Shown: positions 63,736 to 64,000 of the stretch, one piece after another
How positions within the stretch are numbered: the stretch's first letter is position 1
Layout: every line of letters starts with the position of its first letter
Source: Hormiphora californensis
Taxonomy: Eukaryota; Animalia; Ctenophora
Length of the DNA stretch: 64,000 nt
Assembly: GCA_020137815.1 (NCBI GenBank)
Contig: CM035352.1
Location: 1,612,001 to 1,676,000 of the forward strand
Direction of reading: 5' to 3'
The notes under the pieces: model-generated
The model's database searches: none
The model's input: the letters and a program-made list of their open reading frames with translations, nothing else
What the model was told of the DNA's origin: nothing
Position numbers and translations under genes: made by a program

Positions 63736-64000
63736 GTGCGGCCCCCTGTCCCTTGATAAAAAATGCGACTTTAGTTTTAGTTCAAAATCAATGTAGATTT
63801 GAAAGCAACGTATTCACATGAAACTTTAGATGCACAGCAAAATATAAAATTTCTCAATTCTCATTGATTCCTCGAATCACTCTATATAAATGGAGTTTAG
63901 CTCTCCGCAATAGGTGGGAAGATCGTGTTCGAGTTTTTACACTTTCCTTTTCCCTTTCCGGCGTCATCAATAGAGGCCATCTTCTTGAGTGACAAACTGA

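Overview
Eukaryotic, intron-containing, repeat-rich animal genomic DNA. Repeat style, gene families and a paired-only Pax suggest a ctenophore (inference; not verified). Genes reconstructed by hand from GT-AG sites: two or three short basic orphan ORFs (0.2-4.8 kb), a secreted beta-rich protein with apparent homopolymer frameshifts (5.8-8.3 kb), a small secreted single-VWC protein (8.5-9.1 kb, -), an 8-exon ankyrin-HECT E3 ligase (11.6-17.8 kb, -) with a tandem copy of its catalytic 3' end, a multi-exon Pax2/5/8/B-type paired-box gene (20.4-30.0 kb, +), a BTB gene split by two transposons (30.3-36.0 kb, -), and a MATH-domain gene (58.3-60.0 kb, -) interrupted by a 900-bp foldback element. DNA transposon derivatives are abundant (hAT, Transib, Mutator-like, pogo/mariner MITEs, Helentron-like elements, large foldbacks), and there are two LINEs. 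There is a 100-N gap, and 37.1-44.4 kb and 51.2-54.4 kb are homopolymer-corrupted sequence. Best lead: the palindromic transposon in the MATH gene carries a GT donor and an AG acceptor just inside its termini that would restore the reading frame on splicing, making it a candidate orientation-independent intron-generating element.
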